Source: Octopus sinensis
Lineage: Eukaryota
NCBI RefSeq assembly: GCF_006345805.1
Contig: NC_043000.1
Coordinates: 3,720,001 to 3,784,000 of the forward strand
Direction: 5' to 3'
DNA: 64,000 bases
Each line of letters starts with the position of its first letter. The stretch's first letter is position 1. Below are positions 39,411 to 52,278 of the stretch, piece after piece. Under the pieces are notes generated by a model that was not told the DNA's origin, did no database searches, and was given only the letters and a program-made list of their open reading frames with translations. Made by a program: the position numbers and the translations under genes.

Positions 39411-39995
39411 ATCAAATTTAAAGATATTTAAAAGTATGCTTCACATGACTCCATCTTCAGTTACACCCTGATTCATGCTTAGCTTTTACGTATGTATTTG
39501 TATTTACACATACACACACACACAATACACAACATACATAGATATACACACACATACATATATACGCAAGAGAAAATTTTAGCAATATTTTCCTTTCTTA
39601 TATTGAAGTAACCATTTTATATATAATTCAAAAACATTTCAAATAAATGCAGCGAGACTGAGAAATGAGAATAACAAAATGAATGCAGTAATATCACGAA
39701 CTTTGCTATGTTTTGGTATTCTTCCTGTTCCACCCCTCTCTTTGTGTCTATATCTCCATTCTATTCAATATCAGCCTCTTTCTCTCGCTTTTATCTTTCT
39801 CACTTCATCTCTTACTTTCTCTAATCAAGTTATTTCGCATAGTGATACACAGAAAATAGGTAAGAATGTACTTTTGTAATAATTTATGCACCAATAATAC
39901 ATATATACAGAATATGTAATAAAATACATACAAATATAGAATACACGTACATACATATACATACATGCGCACACACACACATATATATATATATA

Positions 39996-40222
39996 CTTCT
40001 TTACTACCCACAAGGGGCTAAACACAGAGGGAACAAACAAGGACAGTCAAACGGATTAAGTCGATTATATCGACCCCGGTGCGTAACTGGTACTTAATTT
40101 ATCGACCACGAAAGGATGAAAGGCAAAGTCGACCTCGGCAGAATTTGAACTCGGAACGTAGCGGCAGACGAAATACGGCTACGCATTTCGCCCGGCATGC
40201 TAACTCTGCCAGCTCGCCGCCT
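39996..40222 (-). mobile_element. SINE family B
   Basis: Reverse match to the family B consensus. Confidence 0.92.
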
Positions 40223-40289
40223 TAACACATATATATACACACACATATATATATATATATATGTACAAAAATATATGTAATATATGCAT

Positions 40290-40725
40290 AGGTGCAGGCA
40301 CAGTTGTGTAGTAAAAAGCTTGCTTCTCAACTACATAGTTCCGGTTTCAGTCCCACTGTCTGCCACCTTGAGCAAGTGCCTTCTACTATAGCCTCTGGTC
40401 AACCAAAGCCCTGTGAGTGGATTTAGTAGATGGGAACTGACAGAACCTGACATATATATGTATATATATATATAAATATACTTATATGTATATCTATATC
40501 TATGTGTGTCTATCTTTGTATCTGTTTGTTCCCCCCACCACCACCGCTTGACAACCAGTGTTGGTGTATTTATGTCCCCGTAACTTAGCAGTTCAGCACA
40601 GAGACTGCTAAAGTAAGTACTAGGCTTTAAAAAAAAATGTCTGAGGTCGATTTGGTCAACTAAAAACCCTTCAAGGCAGTGCTCCGGCATGGCCACAGTC
40701 AAATGACTGAAACAAGTAAAAGAAT
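40290..40725 (+). mobile_element. SINE family A, diverged
   Basis: Matches the family A consensus. Confidence 0.85.
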
Positions 40726-41223
40726 ATATATAATATATACATGCATAATGTGTGTGCGTGTGTCATCTTTTTTTTGTTTTAGTCATTAGAATGTGGCCAT
40801 ACTGGGGCACTGCCTCAAAGGACTTGGGTAAATCAATCCCAGTACAACTCTTTTAAACCTAGTACTTATACTATCAATCTCTTTTGCTGAACTTCTAAGT
40901 GACAAAGACATATACATCATCAACAAAATCATTTCACAGAAAGCAGGAAATGAAGGGTATTGCTTCTATATAACACTTGTTCACAATTATCACAGAATGT
41001 CAAGGCAAAGGGACAGTAAAACACTCCCTCACAAACACACACACACACATGACAAGCTTCTTTCAGTTTCTATTTACCAAATCCACTCAGATGTGTTCGG
41101 TGACCAATGCTATAGAAGTATACACCTACTCAAAGTGCTATGCAATGGAACTGAACTTGGAACCATGTTGTTAGGAAGCAAACATCTTATTCAAAAGCCT
41201 CACCTGCATCACACACATATATA

Positions 41224-41410
41224 CAGGTGGCACGTAAAAAGCACCCACTACACTCACGGAGTGGCTGTCGTTAGGAAGGGCATCCAGCTGTAGAAACATT
41301 GCCAGATAAGACTGGAGCCTGGTGCAGCCTCCTGGCTTCCCAGACCCCGGTCGAACAGTCCAACCCATGCTAGCATAGAGAACGGACGTTAAACGATGAT
41401 GATGATGATA
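41224..41410 (+). mobile_element. RTE 3' UTR fragment (family C)
   Basis: ggtggcacgtaaaaagcacccactacac...gttaaacgatgatgatg. Confidence 0.88.
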
Positions 41411-41434
41411 CACATATAGATATAAATCTATCTA

Positions 41435-41482
<48 letters not shown>

Positions 41483-41940
41483 TACATACATATTTATGTA
41501 TATCTATATATCATCAAGCAGTATATTATTGGTTATGCTATGTAACTGGTTAGAATGTTACCATCTGTTTCATGCGGACTATTGGACTTAGGTACTTTTA
41601 ATGACTCTTCAAACATACTGGCCAGATTAATGGACAACTATCGGATAATTTACATTCTCCCTTTGTTGCAGAGTGCATTACAATAGGGCATCACGTGGTT
41701 TGCGTTTCATAGCTGCTTCTCTACCAGTGCACTTACACACATAAAAGTATTATTGCTCTATTAGTCATACTAAGAGTGCTTTTTTCTTTCTGGCTTATGG
41801 ATAATTAACTGATAATTTATGCACACACACACACATATATATGTACATATATATAACGAAATATATATATATATATATATATATATACTTATGTCTGTGT
41901 GTGTGTGTATGTATATATATATATATATATATATATACAC

Positions 41941-41978
<38 letters not shown>

Positions 41979-42019
41979 TTATATACATATGTCTGTGTGT
42001 GTGTGTGTGTATGTATATA

Positions 42020-42260
42020 TCATCATCATCATCATTTAACGTCTATTGTCCATCCTGGCATGGATTGGACAGTTTGACCGGGCTGGCACGCTGCACCAGA
42101 CTCCAGTCTGATTTGGCATGGTTTTCTACAATTGGACGCCTTTCCTAATGACAACCACTCTGAGAGTGTAATGGGTGCTTTTAATGCCACCGTCACAGGT
42201 GCCATTTGTGTGACACAGGGGTATGTTTACGTGACACCGGTATCTACCACAACTGCTATT
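42020..42260 (-). mobile_element. RTE 3' UTR fragment (family C), diverged
   Basis: (CAT)n tail followed by tttaacgtc...cctttcctaatgacaaccactc. Confidence 0.8.
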
Positions 42261-42500
42261 TTGCTCAGCTTGGTGGGTCCTCTCAAGCACGACATAATGT
42301 CAAAGGACTCGCTCTTTGGCTCCAAGAGGCCCACACACATACACTTTTATGATGTCAACAATATAAAAGTATAACAGCTGAAATTCTTTTTTTTTTTTAG
42401 TGTACTTTCTGTTTTCGACTATGGACAACTGTCCAACATATATACATATATATATACACACACAAACATATACATATATACATACGTATGAATATTATAT

Positions 42501-42885
42501 ATTCTTTTATTCTTTTACTTGTTTCAGTCATTTGACTGCAGCCATGCTGGAGCACTGCCTTTAGTCAAGCAAATCAACCCAGGACTTATTCTTTGTAAGC
42601 CTAGTACTTGTTCTATCGGTCTCTTTTGCTGAACTGCTAAGTTACGGGGATGTAACCGCACCAACATTGGTTGTCAAGCAATGTTGGGGGAACAAACACA
42701 GACACACAAACATATACACACACATACATACATATATATACATGACAAGCGTCTTTCAGTTTCCATCTACCAAATCCACTCACAAGGCCCGAGGCTATAG
42801 TAGAAGACACTTGCTCAAGGTGTCATGCAGTGGGATTGAACCCGGAACCATGTGGTATGTAAGTAAGCTACTTACCACACAGCCT
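42501..42885 (-). mobile_element. SINE family A
   Basis: Matches the family A consensus. Confidence 0.9.
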
Positions 42886-43366
42886 ACACACATGCACACA
42901 CACACACGTTTGTGAGTTTTGTCCATTTATTTTTAGATTCATTTTTCCATGCTAGCATGGGTTAGATGAATATATTATTGCAGCATTGTCTTATAGCCAA
43001 ATACCCTTACTGATGTGGTCCCTATTTGGAACCATTGATATTAAACTGATTTTTAGAACATGGTGAAGAGGTAGGGGCTTGCTCCGCCTTTGTCACGGGT
43101 TGGCCTCGTATAGCAGTACTTCCAGGATTCAGCCCATCTCCCACCCGGGAGATAATAACAAAAGAAAAAAAAACCTTATCTATTTTTCAAGTACAAGATC
43201 TCTTTTACTCAAAAAAGGTTTTGAAGGCAACATGCTAGTAGATGCTTTGTTGAAATGGGAAACAGCATCACAGGCAATTTTCAAAGCAGCACAAGCACAA
43301 ACAAATGCACTGTCACACACACAATTTTACTCATTCAAAATTTAGATTAAACCTTCCCACTCCCCA

Positions 43367-43778
43367 GGCGCAGGAGTGTAACCAACCACATGGTTGCTAA
43401 CCAGCCACATGGTTCCGGGTTCAGTCCCACTGCGTGGCATCTTGGGCAAGTGTCTTCTACTATAGCCCCGGGCCGACCAATGCCTTGTGAGTGGATTTAG
43501 TAGACGGAAACTGAAAGAAGCCTGTCGTATATATGTATATATATATATATATGTATGTGTGTATGTTTGTGTGTCTGTGTTTGTCCCCCTAGCATTGCTT
43601 GACAATCGATGCTGGTGTGTTTACGTCCCCGTCACTTAGCGGTTCGGCAAAAGAGACCGATAGAATAAGTACTGGGCTTACAAAAGAATAAGTCCCGGGG
43701 TCGATTTGCTCGACTAAAGGCAGTGCTCCAGCATGGCCGCAGTCAAATGACTGAAACAAGTAAAAGAGTAAAGAGAGA
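43367..43778 (+). mobile_element. SINE family A with rearranged head
   Basis: Short duplication aaccaaccacatggttgctaaccagccacatggtt. Confidence 0.92.
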
Positions 43779-43789
43779 GAGTATTTGTT

Positions 43790-44300
43790 AAAAAATGTTT
43801 TCACACACCAACATAATTTTTTTATACACTTGCACCTCAACCCCATCCAACAACACCTTCCATGTTGCTTTTGCGGTCCCATTTGCTTCACCGTTATCTT
43901 TATTCCCTCAAACTTGCACCCACTCTCATGTCCTTATGTAAATGTTTTCATGTTACCATCCAATGATAACACAAATCAACAACATTCCACAACAATGTAC
44001 TGCCCACTATACAAATACATACACCACACTATCATAAACCAATGCCCTCTTCCAAATATAGATAAACCCTTATGCTTAATCCACACAACTGCACCATCCT
44101 CCTTTCTTAAATATTCTTGCCATACAAGCCCTCGTCCTTTCTTATTTGCCTTTTTTTTTTTTTCTCACTTCTGTGATGCCTTTTTTCTGATGAAGGACTA
44201 AATTCTGAAGCATTATCAAGCCTTCTATTTTCATTAAAGTGTTAAGCTAATATCTTACTTTGTTGCTGCTGTGTTGACCTCTTTTTTTTTTTTTTGTTAA
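43790..44300 (+). mobile_element. Possible degraded Penelope-like tail
   Basis: C-rich tract followed by ttt CTGATGA agga ctaaa ttct GAAGC, with downstream sequence loosely similar to the 13011 and 45172 tails. Confidence 0.35.
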
Positions 44301-44322
44301 TTGTATTTTACACAAACACACA

Positions 44323-44439
44323 TTTGACTATGGCCATGCTGGAGCACCACCTTTAGTCAAACAAATCAACCGCAGGACTTATTCTTTGTAAGCCTAGTAT
44401 TTATTATATCGGTCTCTATAGCCGAACCATTAAGTTATG

Positions 44440-44477
<38 letters not shown>

Positions 44478-45120
44478 TCTTTTATTCTTTTACTTGTTTC
44501 AGTCACTTGACTACAGCCATGCTGGAGCACCACCTTGAAGGGTTTTAGTCAAAGAAATCGACCCCAGAACTTATTCTTTGTAAGCATAGTACTCTATTCT
44601 ATCAGTCACTTTTGCTGAACTGCTAATTTACAGGGACATAAACACACAAACATCAGCTGTCAAGCAATGGTGGGAGACAAAGACACAGATACATAAATAT
44701 ATACATACATACATATATATATATACAGATACACATACAACAGGCTTCTTTCAGTTTCTGTCTACAAAATTCACTCACATGCTTTGGTCAGCTTGAGGAT
44801 GTAAGAAGACACTTGACCAAGGTGTCACGCAGTAGGACTGAACCCAAAACCATGTGGCTGAGAAGCCAGCTTCTTACCACACAGCCTTTAGACTGTGGGC
44901 ATGCTGGGGCACTACCCGGAATGATTTTAGTTGAAGGAATTGATTCCAGTACTTATTCTATCAGTCTCTTTGGCCAAACTGCTAAGTTACAGGGACATAA
45001 ACACACCAACACCAGTTGTCGAATGGTGGTAGGGGAGGGACAAACAGATACAAAGATGCACATACACACACACTCATATATACATACATACATACATACA
45101 TACATACATACATACATACA

Positions 45121-45181
<61 letters not shown>

Positions 45182-45470
45182 TTCAAATTTACAGAAAACA
45201 AAAGAAGACAGGTGAAGGAACAACAAGAAGGTGTGTGTTAGTTTAATGCTCGGGGAGAATGGAAAAGTCTTTGATGTTTCGAGTCTACACTCTTCAACAG
45301 AAAGAATTAAGAGGAAAAACACAGAGAGAAAACAAAAACAAAAAATAAATAAATACATAACAAGCTTTTTTTCAGTTTCCATCAACCAAATCTACTCACA
45401 GCCAAGGTGCCATGCAGTGGGACTGAACCCAGCATCATGTGGCTGAGAAGCAAACTTCTTACCGCACATT
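44323..45470 (-). mobile_element. Cluster of three SINE family A copies, the last split by a Penelope-like tail
   Basis: Copies at 44323-44445, 44475-44887 and 44888-45470. Confidence 0.8.
45172..45360 (-). mobile_element. Penelope-like element tail with hammerhead-like motif
   Basis: Minus strand cttt CTGTTGAA GAGT gtag ACTC GAAAC ATC aaag at 45304-45269. It has the same terminus (gagagttca) as the 13011 copy, next to (TA)n(GA)n. Confidence 0.65.
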
Positions 45471-45599
45471 CAGATGCTTTTAATTTCAGTGTACAAGAAA
45501 TTATGCCTACATGTTAGCATTAATACATGTGCTCAGTATTACACAATACAATTGTATATTCACAAAGTAATGCAAATAAAGAACGCTAGATCATTATAC

Positions 45600-45833
45600 C
45601 TATTTCTTTATTACCCACAAGGGGCTAAACATAGAAGGACAAACAAGGGCAGACATAGGTATTAATCATCGATTACATCGACCCCAGTGCGTAACTGGTA
45701 CTTAATTTATCGACCCCGAAAGGACGAAAGGCAAAGTCGACCTCGGCAGAATTAGAACTCACAACGTAACGACAGGCGAAATACGGCTGCGCATTTCACC
45801 CGGCGTGCTAACGTTTCTGCCAGGTCGTCGCCT
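45600..45833 (-). mobile_element. SINE family B, full length
   Basis: TSD tagatcattatacc on both sides. Confidence 0.92.
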
Positions 45834-45889
45834 TAGATCATTATACCATCAGAATATCATAGTTGCATCAACAGTTCAACTCGTGTGTT

Positions 45890-45920
<31 letters not shown>

Positions 45921-46104
45921 AAGACAAACAGAGACAGGCTCCTTTCAGTTTCACACTACCAAATCCACTCACGAGGCTTTGGTCAGCCCATGGCTATAGT
46001 AAAAGATGCTTGCCCAAGGTTACGCACAGTGGGACTGAACCCAAAACTATGAGGTTGGAAACCAGACTTATTGTCCACGCTGCCATAACCGCACCAATAA
46101 GCAT

Positions 46105-46320
46105 GCATGTATGTATGTGTGTATCTATGTATGTATGTATGTATCTATGTATGTATCTATGTATGTATGTATGTGTGTATGTATGTATGTGTGTATGTAT
46201 GTATGTATCTATGTATGTATGTATGTATGTGTGTATGTATGTATGTATGTATGTATGTATCTATGTATGTATGTATGTATGTATGTATGTGCGTATGTGT
46301 GTGCGTGTATGTATGCATGC
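46105..46320. repeat. (ATGT)n microsatellite
   Basis: Read directly from the sequence. Confidence 0.95.
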
Positions 46321-46546
46321 GTTACTCTCTCCTAGTCTTAATTTAGCGTGATAGTTGGACAAACAAGTATCACCATCATACAAACAGTGTCCATTTACAA
46401 CCTTCCATGAAAACATGATCACAGGAAGGGCATCTGGCCATAGAAAATCCATTTCAACAAATTCCATTCCACCCACAGGAGTATGGAAAGTGGACATTAC
46501 AAAATGGTGGTGATTAAAAGATGATAGATATACATGTATATGTGTG

Positions 46547-46624
<78 letters not shown>

Positions 46625-47036
46625 GCAACCAATGGTTTCATATTCATAAAGAGCTTAGCTTTATAGCCAACTCGTCAGACTCCAATGGCCACAGGCATAT
46701 AAACTCTTTTCAAACTGCTCTAACATATATGTATACATATATTTTTATTTTAAGATCCTTCCGGAGTCATACAGACTCATAGGGCTGGTTTGCCAGTTTC
46801 TTTAGTATATATATATATATTCAGCCCCTGGATGGGACACCAGTCCACTGCAGGATTACTCAATTTTGCCAGCGGAGTGAATTGGAGCAATGTGAAATGA
46901 AGTGTTTTGCTCAAGAAAACAATGCATCACCTGGTCTAGGAATTGAAACCACAATTTTACAATCATGAATCCAACACCGCTAACCACTAAGTTACACGCC
47001 TCCACCATATGATATATATATATATATATATATATA

Positions 47037-47432
47037 TACTCTTTTACTTGTTTCAGTCATTTGACTGCGGCCATGCTGGAGCACCGCCTTTAGTCAAGCA
47101 AATCGACCCCGGGACTTATTCTTTGTAAGCCCAGTACTTATTCTATCGGCCTCCTTTGCCGAACCGCTAGGTAACAGGGACATAAAATCACACCAGCATC
47201 GGTTGTCAAGCGATGTTAGGGGGACAAACACAGACACACAAACATACACACACATGTATATATACATATATACGACAGGCTTCTTTCAGTTTCCGTCTAC
47301 CAAATCCACTCACAAGGCTTTGGTCGGCCCGAGGCTATAGTAGAAGACACTTGCCCAAGATGCCACGCAGTGGGACTGAACCCGGAACCATGTGGTTGGT
47401 TAGCAAGCTACTTACCACACAGCCACTCCTGT
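47037..47432 (-). mobile_element. SINE family A, full length
   Basis: Matches the family A consensus. Confidence 0.92.
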
Positions 47433-47654
47433 GGCTATACATATAGGATATGGTAAATGAAGGATGGAAGATGGAAGATACAAGAATTTTTATTAATCCC
47501 AACAATTGTTTCGACACATCTAGCATCAATTCCTCATTGGCAGGATACTTAACAACTGGTTCAGGAGCATCAGACAGTGCAGATGTGTCTCTCTCTCTCT
47601 CTCTTCAGGTGATAAATAGCTATAGCTTGTTATATATGTTATATGCTGTGCAGG

Positions 47655-47830
47655 CAGGCATGGCTGTGTGGTTAACAAGCTTGCTTCCCAACCACGCAGC
47701 CTCGAGTTCAGTCTCACTGCATAGCACCTTGGTCGAGTGCTTTCTAGAACAGCTCCATTCCAACCAAAGCATTGTAAGTGGATTTAGTAACTGAAAGAAG
47801 CCAGTATATGAATGTGTGTATGTGTTTGTG
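47655..47830 (+). mobile_element. SINE family A, 5' half, diverged
   Basis: gcaggcatggctgtgtggttaacaagcttgcttccc...gtggatttagtaactgaaagaagcc. Confidence 0.8.
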
Positions 47831-47958
47831 TGTATAGACTTTATGTGTGTATGTATACAAATATAAAAGTATATATATATATGTGTGTGTGTGTATATAT
47901 TATATATATATATATAGATGTGTGTATGAGTATATATATGTGTGTGTGTATATATATA

Positions 47959-48356
47959 TACTCTTTTACTTGTTTTAGTCATGTGACTGTGGCCATGCTG
48001 GAGCCCTGCTTTTTAGTTGATCAAATCGACCCCAGGACTTATTCTTTGTCAGCCTAGTACTTATTTTATTGGTCTCCTTTTACGCGGACGTAAACACACC
48101 AGCATCGGTTGTCAAGCGATGTTAGGGGGACAAACACAGACACACAAACACACACATACATATATATATATATATACATATATACACATATACGACGGGC
48201 TTCTTTCAGTTTCCGTCTACCAAATCCACTCACAAGGCTTTGGTTGGCCCGAGGCTATAGTAGAAGACACTTACCCAAGGTGCCACGCAGTGGGACTGAA
48301 CCCGGAACCATGTGATTGGTAAGCAAACTACTTACCACACAGCCACTCCTACGCCT
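47959..48356 (-). mobile_element. SINE family A
   Basis: Matches the family A consensus. Confidence 0.92.
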
Positions 48357-48949
48357 ATATATATATACATTAGAGATATGCCATCATACAAGCAATGCTG
48401 TTTCCTTCGAGTCTTCCGTGTAAATGACATGTCCATGGGGATTAAATTACTTTGCTTGGAAACAGGTGATGAGCGTTGGTAACAGGTGGAGCATCTACTG
48501 TAAAAAATCTGTCTTAACTAATTCCATCTCACCCATGCAAGCATGAATAGGTGAACATTAAACAATGTAATTTATATATATACATATATACAGACAAATA
48601 TTTTATAGATCTCTCTCTCTCTCTATATATATATATATACATATATATAAAGGCACACACACACACTTAGATCGATAGACTTTGTGTGTATGTATACAAA
48701 TATAGAAGTATATATATATATATATATATATAAATATATACACACACATAGAAATGTATCATCATCATCATTTAACGTCCGCTTTCCATGCTAATATACA
48801 TATATATATATACACACGCATATATACGCAAACATATATATATATACACACATAAACATATATACACATACACATATACATATATGTATACTCACATATC
48901 TATACACATACAAACACACATATATACACACACATATATTACATATATA

Positions 48950-48950
48950 T

Positions 48951-49024
<74 letters not shown>

Positions 49025-49047
49025 TGTTAGATAGATAGATAGATTGT

Positions 49048-49089
<42 letters not shown>

Positions 49090-49090
49090 T
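48950..49090. repeat. (GATA)n microsatellite
   Basis: Read directly from the sequence. Confidence 0.95.
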
Positions 49091-49290
49091 ACACACATTT
49101 ATGAATGAAAAAATATATATATATATATATGGGTGGTTACTGATCTGTAAATCAACCGATCGGTGGTCATCGATTAGAGTTCGATGTATGACACTGATAA
49201 ATGTTTTAATTCAAGCAAGGTATAGAGAATATTAGCATTTTGCTGACTGATGTTTCACATGAGCTGGACTTGATCGATAAAAACGTGTGT

Positions 49291-49329
<39 letters not shown>

Positions 49330-49996
49330 TGTATGTGTGTGTGTGTGGCTGGGTGTATACGTTGATGTAATTGAGTATTTGCGTAGATGTGGCTGAGTGT
49401 ACACTCACGTGTGTGGTGGGTGTCGGTGGAATTGTGAAAAAAGAATGAGTAATCGTGTAGTTTTGTTTACAGAGTCAGAGAAGCTTAATGCGTGTGCATG
49501 AGAGAGAGAAGAGGAGAGGATAGGATAGGATAGGATAGGATAAGGAAGGGCGGTGGTTGCAGCCACACAGTGAATAGGGATCGAGAGAAGGGGGGAAGAA
49601 AAAAAAAACCCCCAAAAATAGGGTACAGGATCCAGAAGTGCTGCACAGTCTGTGATGATGTGTTACTTTTACATGAAGCCAATGGACCTATTCGTAAAAC
49701 GAACAGGATGTGGAGAAAAAAGAAAAGAGGATTCTCTCTCTTATTAAAGGAAAATTATCTGAACGACGTAGAGTTTACAAGTCTTCCTAGTCATCGATAA
49801 TTAATAGAAAATATATACACAACAGAGATGGACAACCCTCAAACGAATCCTTTAGACGATAAAAATATAGGAATATTAATAAAAAAATACCTTTATTTAT
49901 TTATTTCAAGAAGAGATTTACTCTATGGCCATAAATGCTAGTCAATCAGGTGATGGCTTTAACACTAAAAAGAAGATATGTAACTGATAAATATAC

Positions 49997-50180
49997 CTAT
50001 TTCTTTATTACCCACAAGGGGCTAAGCACAGAGGGGACAAACAAGGACAGACATAGGTATTAAGTCGATTACATCGACTCCAGTGCGTAACTGGTACTTA
50101 ATTTATCGACCCCCGAAAGGATGAAAGGCAAAGTCGACCTCGGCGGAATTTGAACTCTGAACGTAACGGCAGACGAAATA
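49997..50180 (-). mobile_element. SINE family B, 5'-truncated
   Basis: Reverse match to family B, with aatatacc repeated on both flanks. Confidence 0.9.
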
Positions 50181-50534
50181 CACAGTGATGAATATACCTT
50201 AATTAAAACTAATTGGAAGTGGTTGGAGCCTTGTTGCACTGTTTGGTACGAGAAGAAGGGTGTGGAATTGGTCCCCACCCGTAAAAACGGACAGAAATCT
50301 GAGCTTGGAAAACGGACAGTGGTTTTAAGCGAGTAACCATCCGTGTAAGGACGGTGTTTGTGTGGATGTAAGACTTGGTGGAGTGGATATCGATTGAAAC
50401 AATTCTACAACTAAATCTGACAAGACTTTACAAAGTTATTCTAATGGCATGCGAGAAAAGAGAAGTGAAAAGAGAAGAGGCATGGTCGGTGCTTTGAGAG
50501 CTCAGAGAACGGAAAAGGATGTAGTGGTATTATT

Positions 50535-50877
50535 CAAATTCCTGCCTAGGTCGACTTTGCCTTTCGTCCTTCCGGGGGTTGATTAAATAAGTACCAGTTA
50601 CGCACTGGGGATCGATCTAATCGACTTAATACATATGTCTGTCCTTGTTTGTCCCCTCTGTGTGTAGCCCCTTTGTGGGTAATAAAGAAATAGGTATTTC
50701 GTCTGCCGCTACGTTCTGAGTTCAAATTCCGCCGAGGTCGACTTTGCCTTTCATCCTTTCGGGGTCGATTAATTAAGTACCAGTCACGCACTGGGGTCGA
50801 TGTAATCGACTTAATCTGTCTGTCTGTCCTTGTTTGTCCCCCTCTGTGTTTAGCCCCTTGTGGGTAGTAAAGAAAAA
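50535..50877 (+). mobile_element. Head-to-tail partial dimer of SINE family B within one TSD pair
   Basis: Two consecutive core+tail units joined at aaagaaata|ggtatttcgtctg. ggtattatt occurs at 50526-50534 and 50878-50886. Confidence 0.88.
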
Positions 50878-51589
50878 GGTATTATTACAGTTTGAGCATG
50901 TCCTGAATAAAGTATCCTGTTGTCTTTTATTGATATTGCTAATACGTAATAATGTCTGGAATGAGCGGGTGACCCTAACCTTTCTCTACTTCGTAAGACA
51001 GACGACATACAGGGGTGTGTCAAGAGGAGAAGGCATGAAGGGTGGATGGAAAGCGGAATAAACCCAATGACTAATGACAGCGGTGAGGCTGTAGAGGATG
51101 ATGAAGGAGAGATAGATGTATGATAATTAGTGAATATCAATCAACCACCTTGTTGCAAGCGCATTGTTTGATTCTGCCTTTCTTTCTCTCACTGAAAGAA
51201 AATTTAAATCGTGGAGTTGGGGGTGGATAATCAGTGATGTCGGTTGGGGTAGACAAGGTATATTTCCTTCGTGTATCATTGTGTACTAGTAATGGGAATA
51301 AGTAATAGTAGTAGAAGTAGTCGTTGTGAAAGGTGAAGAGAAGAAGATAAGAGGAGAGAACATGTGACAATGTGATGTTATGTGTGATAAATAAGAGATA
51401 GGTGTAGGACAGGACACTGGTCAGATGGGGGGCACTGGCTGACATTTTAAACTGTTTTGAGGATTATATATATATTAAACGATCGACGTATGTAAACAAT
51501 AAAATGGTTAAACTGTGTGAATTTTTGTCTGAAATGTGTGTGTAGAGACATATCCCAAGGTGTGAAGTAAATAAGTGTGAAGATATTAC

Positions 51590-51630
51590 CTTTTGTCTTT
51601 GCCACAACATTGTGTGATACAATTGCCCAT
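51590..51630 (-). CDS. Probable first coding exon of a host gene: MGNCITQCCGKDK(S/R), predicted N-myristoylated and S-palmitoylated protein
   Basis: ATG in good context (actATGG), Gly2 with Thr6, Cys4/8/9, immediately followed by a donor AG|GTAATA. It lies at the end of a repeat-free, CpG-richer stretch. Family not identified. Confidence 0.55.
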
Positions 51631-52200
51631 AGTAGAGTGTCTGTGAAGGAGGAACACTCGCCGAGAATGCAAGGTGTCTGGCGACAGACGAGCTGTGGCG
51701 GCATTGGCTGCAGTAGCGAGTGCAATGGTTCACTTTAATAATGGTAAGTAGACGCCTTACATCCAGGCCAGCAACAAGGATGACACCGAATATTAGATAG
51801 TAAGTAATCTCCGATTGTGTTGGTGGTGAGGAGCTGGACGGCGACCATGGTGGAGCAACACACCCTGCTCAACCGACAGAGACGAGCTGTTTCGTTGCCG
51901 CTTTCTCTGTCTGGAGAAGTTAAAAGACACCAGTAGCAGCTGTAGTAGAATGTCGACTGATTGTATGGATGAATGTAAAAAGCAGGCAAGAGGAGGCGTC
52001 GTCAGTGACAACAGGGAGAACAAGCGAGGACGGTGGTGGTATGGCGGCAGTTGAACGATCGGAAACGGAAATATGGTGGATCGATAAATCTAGGCTGTTA
52101 GCAGACGACACATGGAGAGGCAGACGTTTAGTGGGGAGAACTTGGGAGAAATTAAATATAACGTGTATTTATTCAATAAATAACAGGAACAGGAATAGCC
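51631..52200 (-). promoter_or_regulatory. Putative 5' UTR/promoter region, CpG-richer and TE-free, containing a 37-aa uORF (51848-51735)
   Basis: Visibly more CpG and GC than the surroundings, with no SINE. The uORF ATG is in the context ctccaccATGG. TSS is not determinable from sequence. Confidence 0.45.
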
Positions 52201-52278
52201 TTGTTAGAATATTATCTAAAATACTAGGGAAAAAAATTGATTAGCTAAAATTGAATGACAAATATAGCGAGGAATGAA

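Noticed and set aside
51725-51810. Two plus-strand GTAAGT donors, one after ATG GTT CAC TTT AAT AAT G
   Set aside because: Could indicate a plus-strand or antisense first exon, but nothing else supports it. The minus-strand acylation motif is more specific. Stranded RNA-seq would decide.
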